In this document: one piece after another, positions 1 through 10,098 of the stretch
Numbering within the stretch: the first letter of the stretch is position 1
How the letters are laid out: every line of letters starts with the position of its first letter
Virus record (IMG/VR): IMGVR_UViG_3300034013_000904
From: an uncultured virus (IMG/VR IMGVR_UViG_3300034013_000904)
Taxonomy: Duplodnaviria; Heunggongvirae; Uroviricota; Caudoviricetes
Reading direction: 5' to 3' (one strand)
DNA: 64,000 bases
Program-made: the position numbers and the translations under genes
The notes under the pieces: generated by a model
What the model was told of the DNA's origin: nothing
The model's input: only the letters and a program-made list of their open reading frames with translations
The model's database searches: none

Positions 1-569
1 CTAGTGAAACGTTGTTTCTCTTGAACCTATATGGAATTGAGGCAGAAACACAGGGCATCAAACATGGCACCATCAAAGCCGTTTTTAGGCAGAACGGGGA
101 CAAAAACAAAGTGGAAATAACCAGTTTGGGTTACAGGATACAGTTGAAAGGTGCTCGACCTTTTCTCAAAAAAGCCAAAAACTGGGCTACAGACAGTGAA
201 ATGCGGGACCTGACAATCAACAGCATGAGTATGGATTTACATGGCCACATTTGGGATTATCAAGGCGGATACGCCGATTTGAAGCACAGTCGTATCCGAA
301 TGTTGCCTGATACTAAATCCAACATCAAGGACGATCCCAACCAAATCATGCGATACTTCAAAGCCTTGACTATGTTTCCACAACCACTTATGGTGAAAAC
401 AGACCTTGAGTGGATCAAGAAACACATTAGCTTGTTAGCTGACCAAGAAGATGACGAGAGAGTTATCAGAAACTTATTGAGTATTCAAAAAAGCCCAAAT
501 GCTGACAGAATATTAGAATTGATGTGCCAATTGGGTGTAAAAAAATACATTTCCTACTTACCTTGTTAG
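1..569 (+). CDS. CCA-adding enzyme / poly(A) polymerase family nucleotidyltransferase, 5' end outside the window
   Basis: GIKHGTI, VEITSL, MRDLTINSM, DYQGGYADL and DDPNQIMRYFK follow the class II tRNA nucleotidyltransferase motif order; the frame is open back to the window edge. Confidence 0.75.
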   Translation, partial: SETLFLLNLYGIEAETQGIKHGTIKAVFRQNGDKNKVEITSLGYRIQLKGARPFLKKAKNWATDSEMRDLTINSMSMDLHGHIWDYQGGYADLKHSRIRMLPDTKSNIKDDPNQIMRYFKALTMFPQPLMVKTDLEWIKKHISLLADQEDDERVIRNLLSIQKSPNADRILELMCQLGVKKYISYLPC

Positions 570-666
570 TATTTTTGCCTCAGTAACACCAGTAACAAAG
601 TAGCAATGTATGTCCTGACTCTGCTATAATGATGGCAACAACTCTCTATGTATATAAGGACCAAGA

Positions 667-1554
667 ATGAAAATAAAAATGCCCAGCACCAAGGACGTCA
701 AAAAGGCCACCAACAGTGTGACAAAAACTGTCACTGACACCAGCAACACTGTGGTTAAAGAAACTACCAAAACTGTTGACAAGGCTGTTGACACAATAGC
801 CAACACAGCCACTGATGCCTACAAGGACGCATCTAAGGCAGCGTCTGATGCCTACAATTATTCAGTGAGCTTGGCTAACAATACTGCTGCTGTGAGTGCA
901 AGTGTTGCCAACACCGTTGCCAAAAACACCGAAGAGGCTGCCAAACAGGGCATCAACGTTGCTAGTGATGAGTGGAAGAAGGGCAGTGCTCTAGCACAAG
1001 ACTTGTATAAGGATGGTGCTGAGGCAGTTGTCAAAGCTGCTGAAGATGCATATGCCTGGGCGGATGCTAATGCCTGTAGAATTGGCTTGAACTATGCACT
1101 CACAACTGGTATAGTGCTCTACTTTGCTCCCAAGCCTGCTCCAGGTGATCCAGGCACTGTGAATTCAACCGCAGCCAGCATGACCTGGGTTGCCTGGTTT
1201 GCATCACAAGCGGGTAAGGCTGCCTCCGCAGCACAAACTATGGCATTGAGTTGCAGTATCAGTTACATCATAACCGAAGGCTTGTTTTTGATTCCAGGGG
1301 TAAAGGGTCAAGTGAACAAGACACTTGTGTTCAATGCTCTGTCAAATTGCATCAACACAACGATTACTAATGCATATCTCTGGGGTACACCAGCCGGTGT
1401 TGGTATTGCTGTGGGATCAGCCATCTCCCCAGTTATTGCAACGCTGATTTGCGAGGGTGTGCTGCCGCGTGGTGCAAGCAAGGGTCCAGACGCCAAAGCT
1501 GCTGAAGACGGCATCAAGATGGCCAAGGACGCTTTGAAAAGCTTGGGCTTTTAA
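667..1554 (+). CDS. Hypothetical protein, Ala/Thr/Lys-rich helical N-terminus and hydrophobic C-terminal half
   Basis: 295-aa ORF with AAGGA SD, TGCTATAAT at 622-630 and a terminator right after. Confidence 0.7.
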   Translation: MKIKMPSTKDVKKATNSVTKTVTDTSNTVVKETTKTVDKAVDTIANTATDAYKDASKAASDAYNYSVSLANNTAAVSASVANTVAKNTEEAAKQGINVASDEWKKGSALAQDLYKDGAEAVVKAAEDAYAWADANACRIGLNYALTTGIVLYFAPKPAPGDPGTVNSTAASMTWVAWFASQAGKAASAAQTMALSCSISYIITEGLFLIPGVKGQVNKTLVFNALSNCINTTITNAYLWGTPAGVGIAVGSAISPVIATLICEGVLPRGASKGPDAKAAEDGIKMAKDALKSLGF

Positions 1555-1556
1555 CA

Positions 1557-1592
1557 ATCAAAGGAGCTGGACACAAATCCAGCTCCTTTGAT
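1557..1592. terminator. Bidirectional intrinsic terminator
   Basis: ATCAAAGGAGCTGGA-cacaaa-TCCAGCTCCTTTGAT inverted repeat between convergent genes. Confidence 0.85.
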
Positions 1593-2626
1593 CATGTAAA
1601 GATATCACTCAATGCGTTTTGATATTCTGGAAACTGTTGAAAAAACCTTTCTGTAAAAACAACCAAATCTCCCTCTCGCGTATAAACTTTGTTACTGCGG
1701 CTGGGAGACAAAGTTTCTCCCTCCTCCGGCAGTTTGTCTAGCTTGGCCATTTCCCTAGCGTTCAACTGAAACCAAGGCACCCTATCTTTCCAAAAGCTGA
1801 CTTTTCCAGATTTTGTCAATTGCTCCTGATACACTTTGTAGAGATGGACTTTCTCACTGTTGCTGGGCAGCAGGGCTCGAGGCACAGCCAATAGATCGTT
1901 CACACCTGCCAGGATGCTGTTGCTTGCGAGGCTGCTGGCCCTGATATCAGTTTCAGTCAAAATTTGATGATAGCTACTACTAATAGGAACATAATCATGT
2001 TCCAAGAACCAATTGATTACATTAGTGACTTTTTGCAGTTCCACTGCATTATTGTGATTGCATTCAAAGAATATCCAAGGTTGGTCTTGTTGAATACGGG
2101 CAGCCGCACCTTTGAGAACATCAAGCTCATGACCTTCAACATCAATTTTCATGAGCTTGATTTTGGGAAGATCAAGGCTGTCAATGCAAACAGTTTTCAC
2201 AGTGCGGTTTCCGCCCTCTGATCCCACAATATGGCTGGTGCCAGTTTGTTTGGGATTGTATTGAAAGCTGATTTCTCCACTTTGTTGACTCACTGCCTGG
2301 TTGTGGATTTGATAAATGCTTTCCTTGCCTGCATAGCTACGCATTATGCATTCACAATTTTCTTGAATGGGTTCAAACATAATTGTTTGACTACAGAAGC
2401 TTTGACTCAAAAATTCCCAGCTGGCAACACCATAGTTTGCACCAATATCCAACAGCAGTCCTGGTCCTTCCAGTCCCAGTGACTTCCAGCTTTTCCACCA
2501 TTTCTTGAACAACCAATTGTCATTTTGGAGACGTAGCTTGCTGCTCCAGAAGTCAGCTTTGTTTATGTGTAGATTCAAACCATTGAATGGCAAAACTTCT
2601 GTTTTGAGGTCGGGTAGCCGTTCCAT
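1592..2626 (-). CDS. FkbM-family SAM-dependent methyltransferase
   Basis: LLDIGANYG, FEP and KIDVEGHELDVLKGA motifs. Confidence 0.9.
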   Translation of the reverse strand: MERLPDLKTEVLPFNGLNLHINKADFWSSKLRLQNDNWLFKKWWKSWKSLGLEGPGLLLDIGANYGVASWEFLSQSFCSQTIMFEPIQENCECIMRSYAGKESIYQIHNQAVSQQSGEISFQYNPKQTGTSHIVGSEGGNRTVKTVCIDSLDLPKIKLMKIDVEGHELDVLKGAAARIQQDQPWIFFECNHNNAVELQKVTNVINWFLEHDYVPISSSYHQILTETDIRASSLASNSILAGVNDLLAVPRALLPSNSEKVHLYKVYQEQLTKSGKVSFWKDRVPWFQLNAREMAKLDKLPEEGETLSPSRSNKVYTREGDLVVFTERFFQQFPEYQNALSDIFT

Positions 2627-2762
2627 CGTATTATTCCTGAGTATAGGTAATCAAGTAGAGTTTGGCTTAGGGAAGGGGGTGTGTCAATATTGACTTTATT
2701 GGATACAGATCCCTATTATATGTGTAAATAGTAGTGTAACATCTATCACACAAGGCCCTATT

Positions 2763-4382
2763 ATGACACCACTTGAAAAGATCCAAAATCTGCTAAGCAA
2801 TCACAAGATAGATGGTATTGCAACTAGAGTCAAACATGACGTGAACTTGTTGACCACTGTGAATTCTTGGAGTGCAAGCCAGTACTGTGATCTATTGAGC
2901 GAGAAGATCTATTGCTATGTTAAACAGCTTAGCCAGCCCCCTGCATGTGTATGTGGAAAATCAGTAAGCTTTATTAGCATAACCAAGGGTCACAGAGAAT
3001 TCTGTTCAAAAGAGTGTGTGCATGCCAAGGCTGCTGCAACAGAACGTCGTGTTAAGGTTCTCAAAGAGAACGGCGGTGTAGGGCTAGCAAATCCTAAATC
3101 CAAAGCTAAAGCACAACAAACACTTGAAAATACATATGGGGTGTCAAATGCGTTCTGCCTTCCCCACGTAGATACTCATCGATTAGTGAACAATCCCATG
3201 AAGGATCCTAAAAATGTGGAAAGGATAAGACAACAATGCCTAGAGCAGTATGGCGTAGATTGGCATAGCAAGAGGCAGGATGTGATCGCCAAAACAACAG
3301 AAACTCTTAATAACAAATACGGTGTCTCAAACCCAGCTCAGAAAAATTATAGTTCTCTTGCAAACCAAGTGCTTAATGATCCTGTTGCGCTCAAAACCAT
3401 GTTTGAAACATCAAATATATCAAATATGGCTCAAGAACTAGCTGTTTGTGAGACCACAATACTCAAATACCTCAAAATATGGGGAATCCGCCAGCCAAAT
3501 GAAATATCAGCTGAACTACAGTTGAACAGCTGGTTGAAAGCTCAAGGTTTTGTTGATTTTGAGAAAACTCGAACAACCTTGCTTAACAAGCAGGAAATTG
3601 ACCTCTATAGTGAGAGTCAGCACCTTGGCATAGAATATTGTGGCTTATATTGGCATAGTCAGCGTCACAAACAACGAGGGTATCACAAGAACAAATATAT
3701 TGCCTGTCGAGACCAAGGCATCAAATTGATAACCATATTTGAGGATGAATGGCTCAATAGATCACAAATTGTGAAATCTAGGCTATCACAAATATTGGGC
3801 ATCAATAAACGAGGGCCCGGGGCCCGATGCCTCAGACTCTCTTGCATCTCCAGTAGTCAAGCAACAGATTTCTTGAACACCCATCATATAAGTGGCGCAG
3901 CCAAAGCAGAAGTTGCTGTGGGTGCATATGACCTAAATCAAAAATTGGTTGCTGTGATGACATTCAGTCAAGGTCGAAAGTTCACAAAGCCCAAAGAAGT
4001 TTGGCAGTGGGAAATGGTGCGATTCAGCACAGATGGGCAGCATTATGCTGGTATTGCTGCAAGATTGTTTAATCATTTTGAGAAAACATATCAGCCCCAA
4101 AGTGTGCTCAGTTATGCTGACCTCAGATGGGGCCAAGGGTTATATCTTGCACATCTGGGATTTAGGCGCTTTGAAGATACCCCACCCAATTATTGGTATT
4201 TCAGTCTCAAAAATCCTGACTTCAAACGATATCATAGATTTACATTCAACAAACAGTCCATGATCAAAAAGTATCCCCATCTTGTTACAGAAGGCTGCAC
4301 TGAATATTCCATGGCCCAAGGGGCAGGCTTGGAAAGGATTTGGGATTGTGGCAACGCTAAATGGATATGGTATAAAACATGA
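2763..4382 (+). CDS. Hef-like homing endonuclease (Zn-ribbon and repeat N-terminus, Vsr/PD-(D/E)XK-like core, conserved C-terminal domain)
   Basis: CVCG..FCSKEC, repeated (K/E)xYGV units, EIDLY..GIEYCGLYWHS, IFEDEW, SYADLRW, WDCG; TAAATA at 2725-2730. Confidence 0.7.
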   Translation: MTPLEKIQNLLSNHKIDGIATRVKHDVNLLTTVNSWSASQYCDLLSEKIYCYVKQLSQPPACVCGKSVSFISITKGHREFCSKECVHAKAAATERRVKVLKENGGVGLANPKSKAKAQQTLENTYGVSNAFCLPHVDTHRLVNNPMKDPKNVERIRQQCLEQYGVDWHSKRQDVIAKTTETLNNKYGVSNPAQKNYSSLANQVLNDPVALKTMFETSNISNMAQELAVCETTILKYLKIWGIRQPNEISAELQLNSWLKAQGFVDFEKTRTTLLNKQEIDLYSESQHLGIEYCGLYWHSQRHKQRGYHKNKYIACRDQGIKLITIFEDEWLNRSQIVKSRLSQILGINKRGPGARCLRLSCISSSQATDFLNTHHISGAAKAEVAVGAYDLNQKLVAVMTFSQGRKFTKPKEVWQWEMVRFSTDGQHYAGIAARLFNHFEKTYQPQSVLSYADLRWGQGLYLAHLGFRRFEDTPPNYWYFSLKNPDFKRYHRFTFNKQSMIKKYPHLVTEGCTEYSMAQGAGLERIWDCGNAKWIWYKT

Positions 4383-4409
4383 AAAGCCTGGGAGAAATCC
4401 CAGGCTTTT
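4382..4409 (+). terminator. Intrinsic terminator
   Basis: AAAAGCCTGGGA-gaaa-TCCCAGGCTTTT directly after the stop codon. Confidence 0.85.
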
Positions 4410-4483
4410 GTCGTAGCCTCATTTGATACTGGATTTGACATATCGCTATAAATACAACAAACTTAAATTGGAGAGTTTGTTAA

Positions 4484-5338
4484 ATGATCGAATGTCAAAT
4501 CTGCAAAAGACAATTGGGCACCTTGGTAGGTAAGCACCTCAAAAGCCATGGTTTATCAAGTCAAGAGTATCAAGAAAAATTTCCTGGGAATCCTGTTAGC
4601 GCAATGAAGCCATGGACAGAGGAGTTGCGTGCCAAACAAAAACAAGTGCGGACTGGCAGAAAACACAGCGAAGAAACCAAACAAAAAATTGGTGTTGGTA
4701 ACAAGGGTAAAATTATGCCTAGAGAAGCTGTGGAGCGGCAAAAAGAAAGTTACCAGAAATTTTTAGAGAGTAATGGTGGCAGTCCTCAAAAAGGCTACAA
4801 ACGTAGTGACGAATTCAAAAAGAGAATGAGTCACATAGCACAAACTAGAGATCCTGCACTAGTGCAACAAAAGGTTGAACAGATGTGGGCTGCACGGCGC
4901 GGCAGCAAGGCTACTGATGAACAAAAGGAAAATTACAGTCGGGGTAGACTGAAGTTTATGGCGGAAAATCCAGACAAGCTTGGAATGAAATTATTCAATA
5001 CTAAACCGGAGCTACAGTTTGAACAAATCCTTATTGAATCAGGGCTGATATATCGCAAATTTGTACGTGTCGGATTGTTTCTTTATGACTTCGTAATAAA
5101 TGAAAAAATATTAGTTGAAATAGATGGACCATATCATTACAACAAGAATTTATATGGTAAGAAAGATGATGCAGAATCTATTAAACTTGAAGGGCTCGCT
5201 AAGACTCAAGCACGAGATGCACGCAAGACTGCAAACGCTATTGCGCAAGGGTACCAAATATTCCGCATCAAAGTTCCTGGTGCATTGGCTGATGATTGGA
5301 GAGAGCAATTGTTACTGCAAGGTTGCACATTGTTTTAA
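4484..5338 (+). CDS. Homing endonuclease-like protein (Zn finger, NUMOD3 repeats, DUF559/Vsr-like nuclease)
   Basis: CQIC..HLKSH, RKHSEETKQKIG, YDF..VEIDGPYH; exact TATAAATA at 4447-4454. Confidence 0.75.
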   Translation: MIECQICKRQLGTLVGKHLKSHGLSSQEYQEKFPGNPVSAMKPWTEELRAKQKQVRTGRKHSEETKQKIGVGNKGKIMPREAVERQKESYQKFLESNGGSPQKGYKRSDEFKKRMSHIAQTRDPALVQQKVEQMWAARRGSKATDEQKENYSRGRLKFMAENPDKLGMKLFNTKPELQFEQILIESGLIYRKFVRVGLFLYDFVINEKILVEIDGPYHYNKNLYGKKDDAESIKLEGLAKTQARDARKTANAIAQGYQIFRIKVPGALADDWREQLLLQGCTLF

Positions 5339-5374
5339 GATAAAACCCCGGGAGAGATCCCGGGGTTTTATCTT
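5337..5374. terminator. Bidirectional intrinsic terminator after the major capsid gene
   Basis: AAGATAAAACCCCGGGA-gaga-TCCCGGGGTTTTATCTT between convergent genes. Confidence 0.9.
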
Positions 5375-5421
5375 GTCGTTTTCCACCATTAGCTTCAAAA
5401 AAAGCTAATGATATCAATAAC

Positions 5422-6636
5422 TTAAAGAAATTTCAAATTCGCAGTATTTATGGCGATGCCAGCCAAGTAGTCAGCAGCATTACCAAGTGAACTTGCTACG
5501 TTGCTGAGTTCCAAGTAACCATATCGTGACATGAAAGATACCACTGGTTCGAAGGTGTTGGGATCAATCACAACACCACTGCTTGTCAGTGGCACATATG
5601 GGCAATAATACGCAGCCGCATCAATTTCGCCAGGACCCTTGTAACCAACTAGCACAGGGGTATCATCAGCAGCATATTGGTCCACATACACGCGAACTGA
5701 GTTGTTCAAAACGCCAACGAACTTGGTGTTGGTTGGAGCTTCGAATGTGCCTTCAGTTGTGCGAGCGAAAGCGGAAGTTGTTGCGCTTTGCAGGATTGTC
5801 AGTGCTGTGGGGGAAACCACAACCCAGTTACCAGCACCACGACGTGTGCGAGCAGCAATCAAGTTTGCACCACGGTTGATCAAGACAGCAAGAGCAGCAT
5901 GCTCGTCACCAACGAATGTGGCAGTGCCGGAGACAGCGCCTTGGTCGTATGTGAGAGTGATGCCAGCTAGGTTGCGCAGGCTGTTTAGGATCTCTTGGTC
6001 AATTTCAGCTGTGATTTCTTGAGCTAGAGCAGCCATAATCTCAGCTTCGATGTCAATGCCTTGTTGGGCTTGTGCATCTTGTGCAGCCTCGAAAGTCCAG
6101 CGAGCGCTGAGCTTGCGGGTCTTGGCTTCCACAGTCTCTTTCAAGATCTGGATGTTTAGTCTCTTGCCAGCTGTGCCTTCAAGTGTTGCAGCAGCAGCAC
6201 CGCGAGGGTTGTTCACATCGCCATTACCGCTGTAAAAGCGAGCAATGTCAAAGGGGCTGAGAGCTTCAGTACCAGCAATCACGCCACCAGCTACTGCTGG
6301 ATTGGGGTATGTGTCGGCATAACGCACACGCAGGGTGTGGATTTGCCCAACGGGACCTGTCATTGGTTGCACGCCGATGATCTCGTTAGCGATAACAGTT
6401 GGCATCACTCGACGGATAACGGGCAGGATAACCTTGTTTAGGGTAGCAACGTTGCCTTGGCTTGTTGAACCAGGTGTTGCGTTTTCAAACAAGATGCCTG
6501 CTTTGCTGCTTAGGTCACGCTTGGTATTCTCAAGAACCACTTCCATAACTTTCTTGCGATTGCCGGTGAGGCCTTCGCAAAGAGCGTCTCTGGTGAGATT
6601 CCAGTTGGCTTCAAAAAGGTTGCCTTTCATAGTCAT
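5422..6636 (-). CDS. gp23: Major capsid protein, T4 gp23-like
   Basis: IRRVMPTVIANEIIGVQPMTGPVGQI, KTRKLSARWTFE..QD, YCPYVPL, SRYG; AAGGAG SD supports a start at 6636 or 6630. Confidence 0.97.
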   Translation of the reverse strand: MTMKGNLFEANWNLTRDALCEGLTGNRKKVMEVVLENTKRDLSSKAGILFENATPGSTSQGNVATLNKVILPVIRRVMPTVIANEIIGVQPMTGPVGQIHTLRVRYADTYPNPAVAGGVIAGTEALSPFDIARFYSGNGDVNNPRGAAAATLEGTAGKRLNIQILKETVEAKTRKLSARWTFEAAQDAQAQQGIDIEAEIMAALAQEITAEIDQEILNSLRNLAGITLTYDQGAVSGTATFVGDEHAALAVLINRGANLIAARTRRGAGNWVVVSPTALTILQSATTSAFARTTEGTFEAPTNTKFVGVLNNSVRVYVDQYAADDTPVLVGYKGPGEIDAAAYYCPYVPLTSSGVVIDPNTFEPVVSFMSRYGYLELSNVASSLGNAADYLAGIAINTANLKFL

Positions 6637-6643
6637 TTTCTCC

Positions 6644-7849
6644 TTATTGTGCTTTGGCGACACCGGCCAAATACAAGATATTTTGAAGATCGCGATCTTC
6701 AGTTGGGTTTTGTTGTGTTTCCACGAGACTTACGCGGTCTCCGGAATGTGCCACAGCTCTGCTGGGTTTTGCTTGCACAGCCTTTGGTGCGGCTGGTGCA
6801 TTTTGGTTCAACACTGCGGGCAAGTATCTGTGATAGCTTTCTTTGAGGTGTGTGGTTTTCACATCTTCCAAAAGGCTTTCCATGATCTTTTTCTTGTCTC
6901 TGGCCAAGGGGTTCAACAGCTCATTGAGCACTTGGGCTCTTTGAAGCTGAGCTTGTGCTGCACGGCTTTGTGCACGAACGCTTTCCAAGAGATTTTCTTT
7001 CTCATGAATTGCCTTTTGTGCCTCAGCTAGTGCTGCTTGTTGCGTCTTGAGTTGATCACTGAGCTTTTTGACTTGAGTACCTTCTGCAAGGTAGCTGGTC
7101 ATAAATTCAGCGGCCACAGCTTCGAATATTTTACGACCAAAATTGTTCTCACGAGCAATTTTGATATCGTCTCTCCATTGCACCAACTCGCGCTTGATGA
7201 CCTCGTTCAAGGTTTTATCAACCACAGTGGTTGCTCTGTTGACAAATGAGCGTTGGGTTTCATCCAGCTTGCGTTTTGCTTCGCTTGCCAGTTTGACTCG
7301 TTGCTCTACCAGAGCCTTTTTGTCAGATTGAAATTCGGAAATTTCTTCTGACAATTGCTGAAGAACAAAGTTCTCCAGTTTGCCAATTTTAGCTTCGAGG
7401 GCTGCTTGAGCGTTTTTCTTACTCTCCAGCAGTTCGGTAGCCATAGATTTGCGTTGAACGGCCAACTGTTTTCTGTCGGCTTTGAACTCAGTAATTTCCT
7501 TGCGGATTTCACCTTGCATAAACTGTTCCATCATTTTCACATGTTGGGCCAGCTTTTTGTTGTAAGTGGATTTTGCCTCACTAACAGCCTGGGTGAGCTG
7601 CACCTTTTTGGCTGCTACTGCTTGCTTGTCTTGAGAGAACTCACTGAGTTCTTTTCTCACAACATCGTTCAACATCTTGTCCATGGCTTCCACAAGCAAT
7701 CCGCGCTCGTGCTCGAAGCGATGAGCATAACTTTCTTGGAGCTTTGTCTCAGCTTCTTTGAGCTTGTTTGTGAATGCTTCCTGAAGGGCAGTTTTGGCTT
7801 CGGGGCCAAGCACTTCGTTCTCCAGGAGCTCTTGTAGTTGTTTTTCCAT
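6644..7849 (-). CDS. gp22: Prohead core/scaffold protein, gp22-like
   Basis: Long coiled-coil protein between protease and capsid genes; FGRKIFEA motif. Confidence 0.85.
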   Translation of the reverse strand: MEKQLQELLENEVLGPEAKTALQEAFTNKLKEAETKLQESYAHRFEHERGLLVEAMDKMLNDVVRKELSEFSQDKQAVAAKKVQLTQAVSEAKSTYNKKLAQHVKMMEQFMQGEIRKEITEFKADRKQLAVQRKSMATELLESKKNAQAALEAKIGKLENFVLQQLSEEISEFQSDKKALVEQRVKLASEAKRKLDETQRSFVNRATTVVDKTLNEVIKRELVQWRDDIKIARENNFGRKIFEAVAAEFMTSYLAEGTQVKKLSDQLKTQQAALAEAQKAIHEKENLLESVRAQSRAAQAQLQRAQVLNELLNPLARDKKKIMESLLEDVKTTHLKESYHRYLPAVLNQNAPAAPKAVQAKPSRAVAHSGDRVSLVETQQNPTEDRDLQNILYLAGVAKAQ

Positions 7850-7867
7850 AGGACTGGCGTCTCCTTG

Positions 7868-8500
7868 TTAAATCTTCAACTCGTTAACCCAGCGGAGCAG
7901 GGTCTTGGTGAGATGCTTTTGAGCCTTCTCATCATGACGCACGCTTTCTGCCAAGTCTCTGATGTTGCTGCCGAGCCTTCTGTGATACATAGCCTCATAT
8001 ACAGGCACAGGATATGCACTTGGGGCTGAAGGTTTGGCCACTATGTCGACTGTTAACATTTCAAAATCTGAAACGTTCCCATAGGGATCGACATTGCCTG
8101 AGCCACGTGATGAAACGCCAAGTTTTACACCACTCTCAAGCAAGGTTTTTGCAATTTGACCGCAAGGTGTTGGTAATACTTTCAACTTACCAAGGCCATT
8201 GGGACCGTCTATCCACATTTTTTGAATGCTGTGGCTTACGCGATCTAGATGAATTTGAAGCTCTTGTGGATGATCCAGTTCACCAGGTACCCCATTGTCT
8301 TTGGATATGCTTGAATTTACTAGCTCTACGGCTTTGCGAATCTCGTCTACAGGATAGACTCTTCCGTTATGATTTTTGATTCCGCCTTGAATGAAGATTC
8401 CTTCCATGAAGAGGTTTTTATGACCACCTTCTATGGCTTCGGTAACAACCTTCATTTGTGCATCATCAAAATGCAAGTGTTCTTGCAGAATTGAGACCAT
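7868..8500 (-). CDS. gp21: Prohead protease, gp21-like
   Basis: GIFIQG..N.NGRVYP, GELDHP, LGVSSRGSG, DIVAKPSAPSA; start moved to ATG 8500, downstream of TAAATA at 8532-8537. Confidence 0.95.
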   Translation of the reverse strand: MVSILQEHLHFDDAQMKVVTEAIEGGHKNLFMEGIFIQGGIKNHNGRVYPVDEIRKAVELVNSSISKDNGVPGELDHPQELQIHLDRVSHSIQKMWIDGPNGLGKLKVLPTPCGQIAKTLLESGVKLGVSSRGSGNVDPYGNVSDFEMLTVDIVAKPSAPSAYPVPVYEAMYHRRLGSNIRDLAESVRHDEKAQKHLTKTLLRWVNELKI

Positions 8501-8640
8501 TTTTGTTTCCTGTTTAGTTTCGTAGTAACAATATTTAACAACACTATCTGAAACAGCTGGATTTCCAGTAAGAAACCAGTGTTTTTTCAAAGAACTATGC
8601 TGTAACCTTTTGAGTTACAGCATAATTTCTTGTTGATAAA

Positions 8641-10002
8641 TTACTTCTTTGGTGTTGTGCCGGTGCTGCCCAGTGGGCTGCGAACGTTGGCGGCGCCAAA
8701 ACCTTCTGAACGATCTTTGTTCAACATGGCCTTTGTGCTGCCTTCCTTGCTGACATGAGTCATGTCTTCACTAGCCTTCTTGCGACGGTTGGACAAGTTC
8801 ATACTGGCACTTGTGGGGGCAGATTGAAGATGATATCCATCAGCCTTTGATCCCTTGCCTGTCACAACTGGCTTGGCACCTGGAACAGGGCTTTGAACGC
8901 CTTTGGGCACTGGGCTATGCTTGCTTACATCACTACGAGAAAACTTTCCTGAGCCAACTTCGCCAACTTTCTTGAGATCAACATGAACTGTATCGAGGGC
9001 AATGGCTTCATCAAGATCATCATAGTCTTCATCAAGGTCGTCAGTGTTGTCCATCCAGCCTTCTCTCATGCCACCACCGCTAGCATCGCGCTGTAGGCGT
9101 CTTTTCAAACGCGAATGGTCTTCACTTCCTAGTTGATCAATTAAAAAGTTCCAGCACTCATCCCACGTACCAACGTGTAGGGTGTTATCTGCTTGTCCTG
9201 GTGCTTCTGTCCAGACTTCATATTCTTCCTCATAGTCTTCCTCATCCGCGTCAGGGTGTGGCATGTCCTGATATGTTTGACCAATATGGATGTCATCTAT
9301 TACGTAGTCGGGGTTGTCCCCTTGACCACTCAGTTTGCGGATTGGGTAAGAAGTTCCATTAACAGTCACGGTTTCAAAATCGCCGCTAATTTTGTACTGT
9401 TTACCACCAGGCGTAGTGCCCGAATCTGCCATTTCCTGCAGGGGCATTTTATCTCCCTCTGCATCACCATGTTCACCATGTAGTTCAGCCTTCATAGCTT
9501 CAAATTCAGCAGTCAACTCTTCAATTGCTTGCTCAATGTCTTTTAGACGCTCGCCTTCAGCTTCCTCGTCGTGGTCCATGTCTGCATCCATTTCAGCTTC
9601 ATCAGCATCCATTTCTTCATCGTCCATGTCGTCTTCATCGTCCATGTCGTCTTCAGCGTCCATGTCTATGTCATCGTCTTCCACGTCAACATCAACATCG
9701 TCAGCATCTTCATCATCGCCAGCACTTACTGTGAGATCTTCAACCGCGTCATCGAGGTCAACATCTTCCATTGTGCCGTCGCCATAATGCTCTTCATTCT
9801 CAATTTCTTCTTTGTGAAATTCAATGTCATCTCCGAGATTTCTGCCCTCGTCCCTGTCCATTTCATGCTCGTCGTCACTTAGCATTTCCTCGTGAATTGC
9901 ACGTGCCTTCTCAATGAAGATTTGGTGCAACAGGTCACGAGCCTTGTCTTCTTGCTCGTTGATAAGGTAATCCATTACCTTCAACAGCTTGCTATTAGCC
10001 AT
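8641..10002 (-). CDS. Highly acidic head core/internal protein
   Basis: Asp/Glu-rich tract, position upstream of the protease, late promoter at 10041-10046, AAGGAG SD. Confidence 0.65.
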   Translation of the reverse strand: MANSKLLKVMDYLINEQEDKARDLLHQIFIEKARAIHEEMLSDDEHEMDRDEGRNLGDDIEFHKEEIENEEHYGDGTMEDVDLDDAVEDLTVSAGDDEDADDVDVDVEDDDIDMDAEDDMDDEDDMDDEEMDADEAEMDADMDHDEEAEGERLKDIEQAIEELTAEFEAMKAELHGEHGDAEGDKMPLQEMADSGTTPGGKQYKISGDFETVTVNGTSYPIRKLSGQGDNPDYVIDDIHIGQTYQDMPHPDADEEDYEEEYEVWTEAPGQADNTLHVGTWDECWNFLIDQLGSEDHSRLKRRLQRDASGGGMREGWMDNTDDLDEDYDDLDEAIALDTVHVDLKKVGEVGSGKFSRSDVSKHSPVPKGVQSPVPGAKPVVTGKGSKADGYHLQSAPTSASMNLSNRRKKASEDMTHVSKEGSTKAMLNKDRSEGFGAANVRSPLGSTGTTPKK

Positions 10003-10098
10003 AGTTTGTCTCCTTTGGTAAAGTTGATAGACTCTGTGTTTATTTAGAAGGAGTTGAAGAATAACTTGGATTTATATGGAAAATAAGGCAATTTTAGA

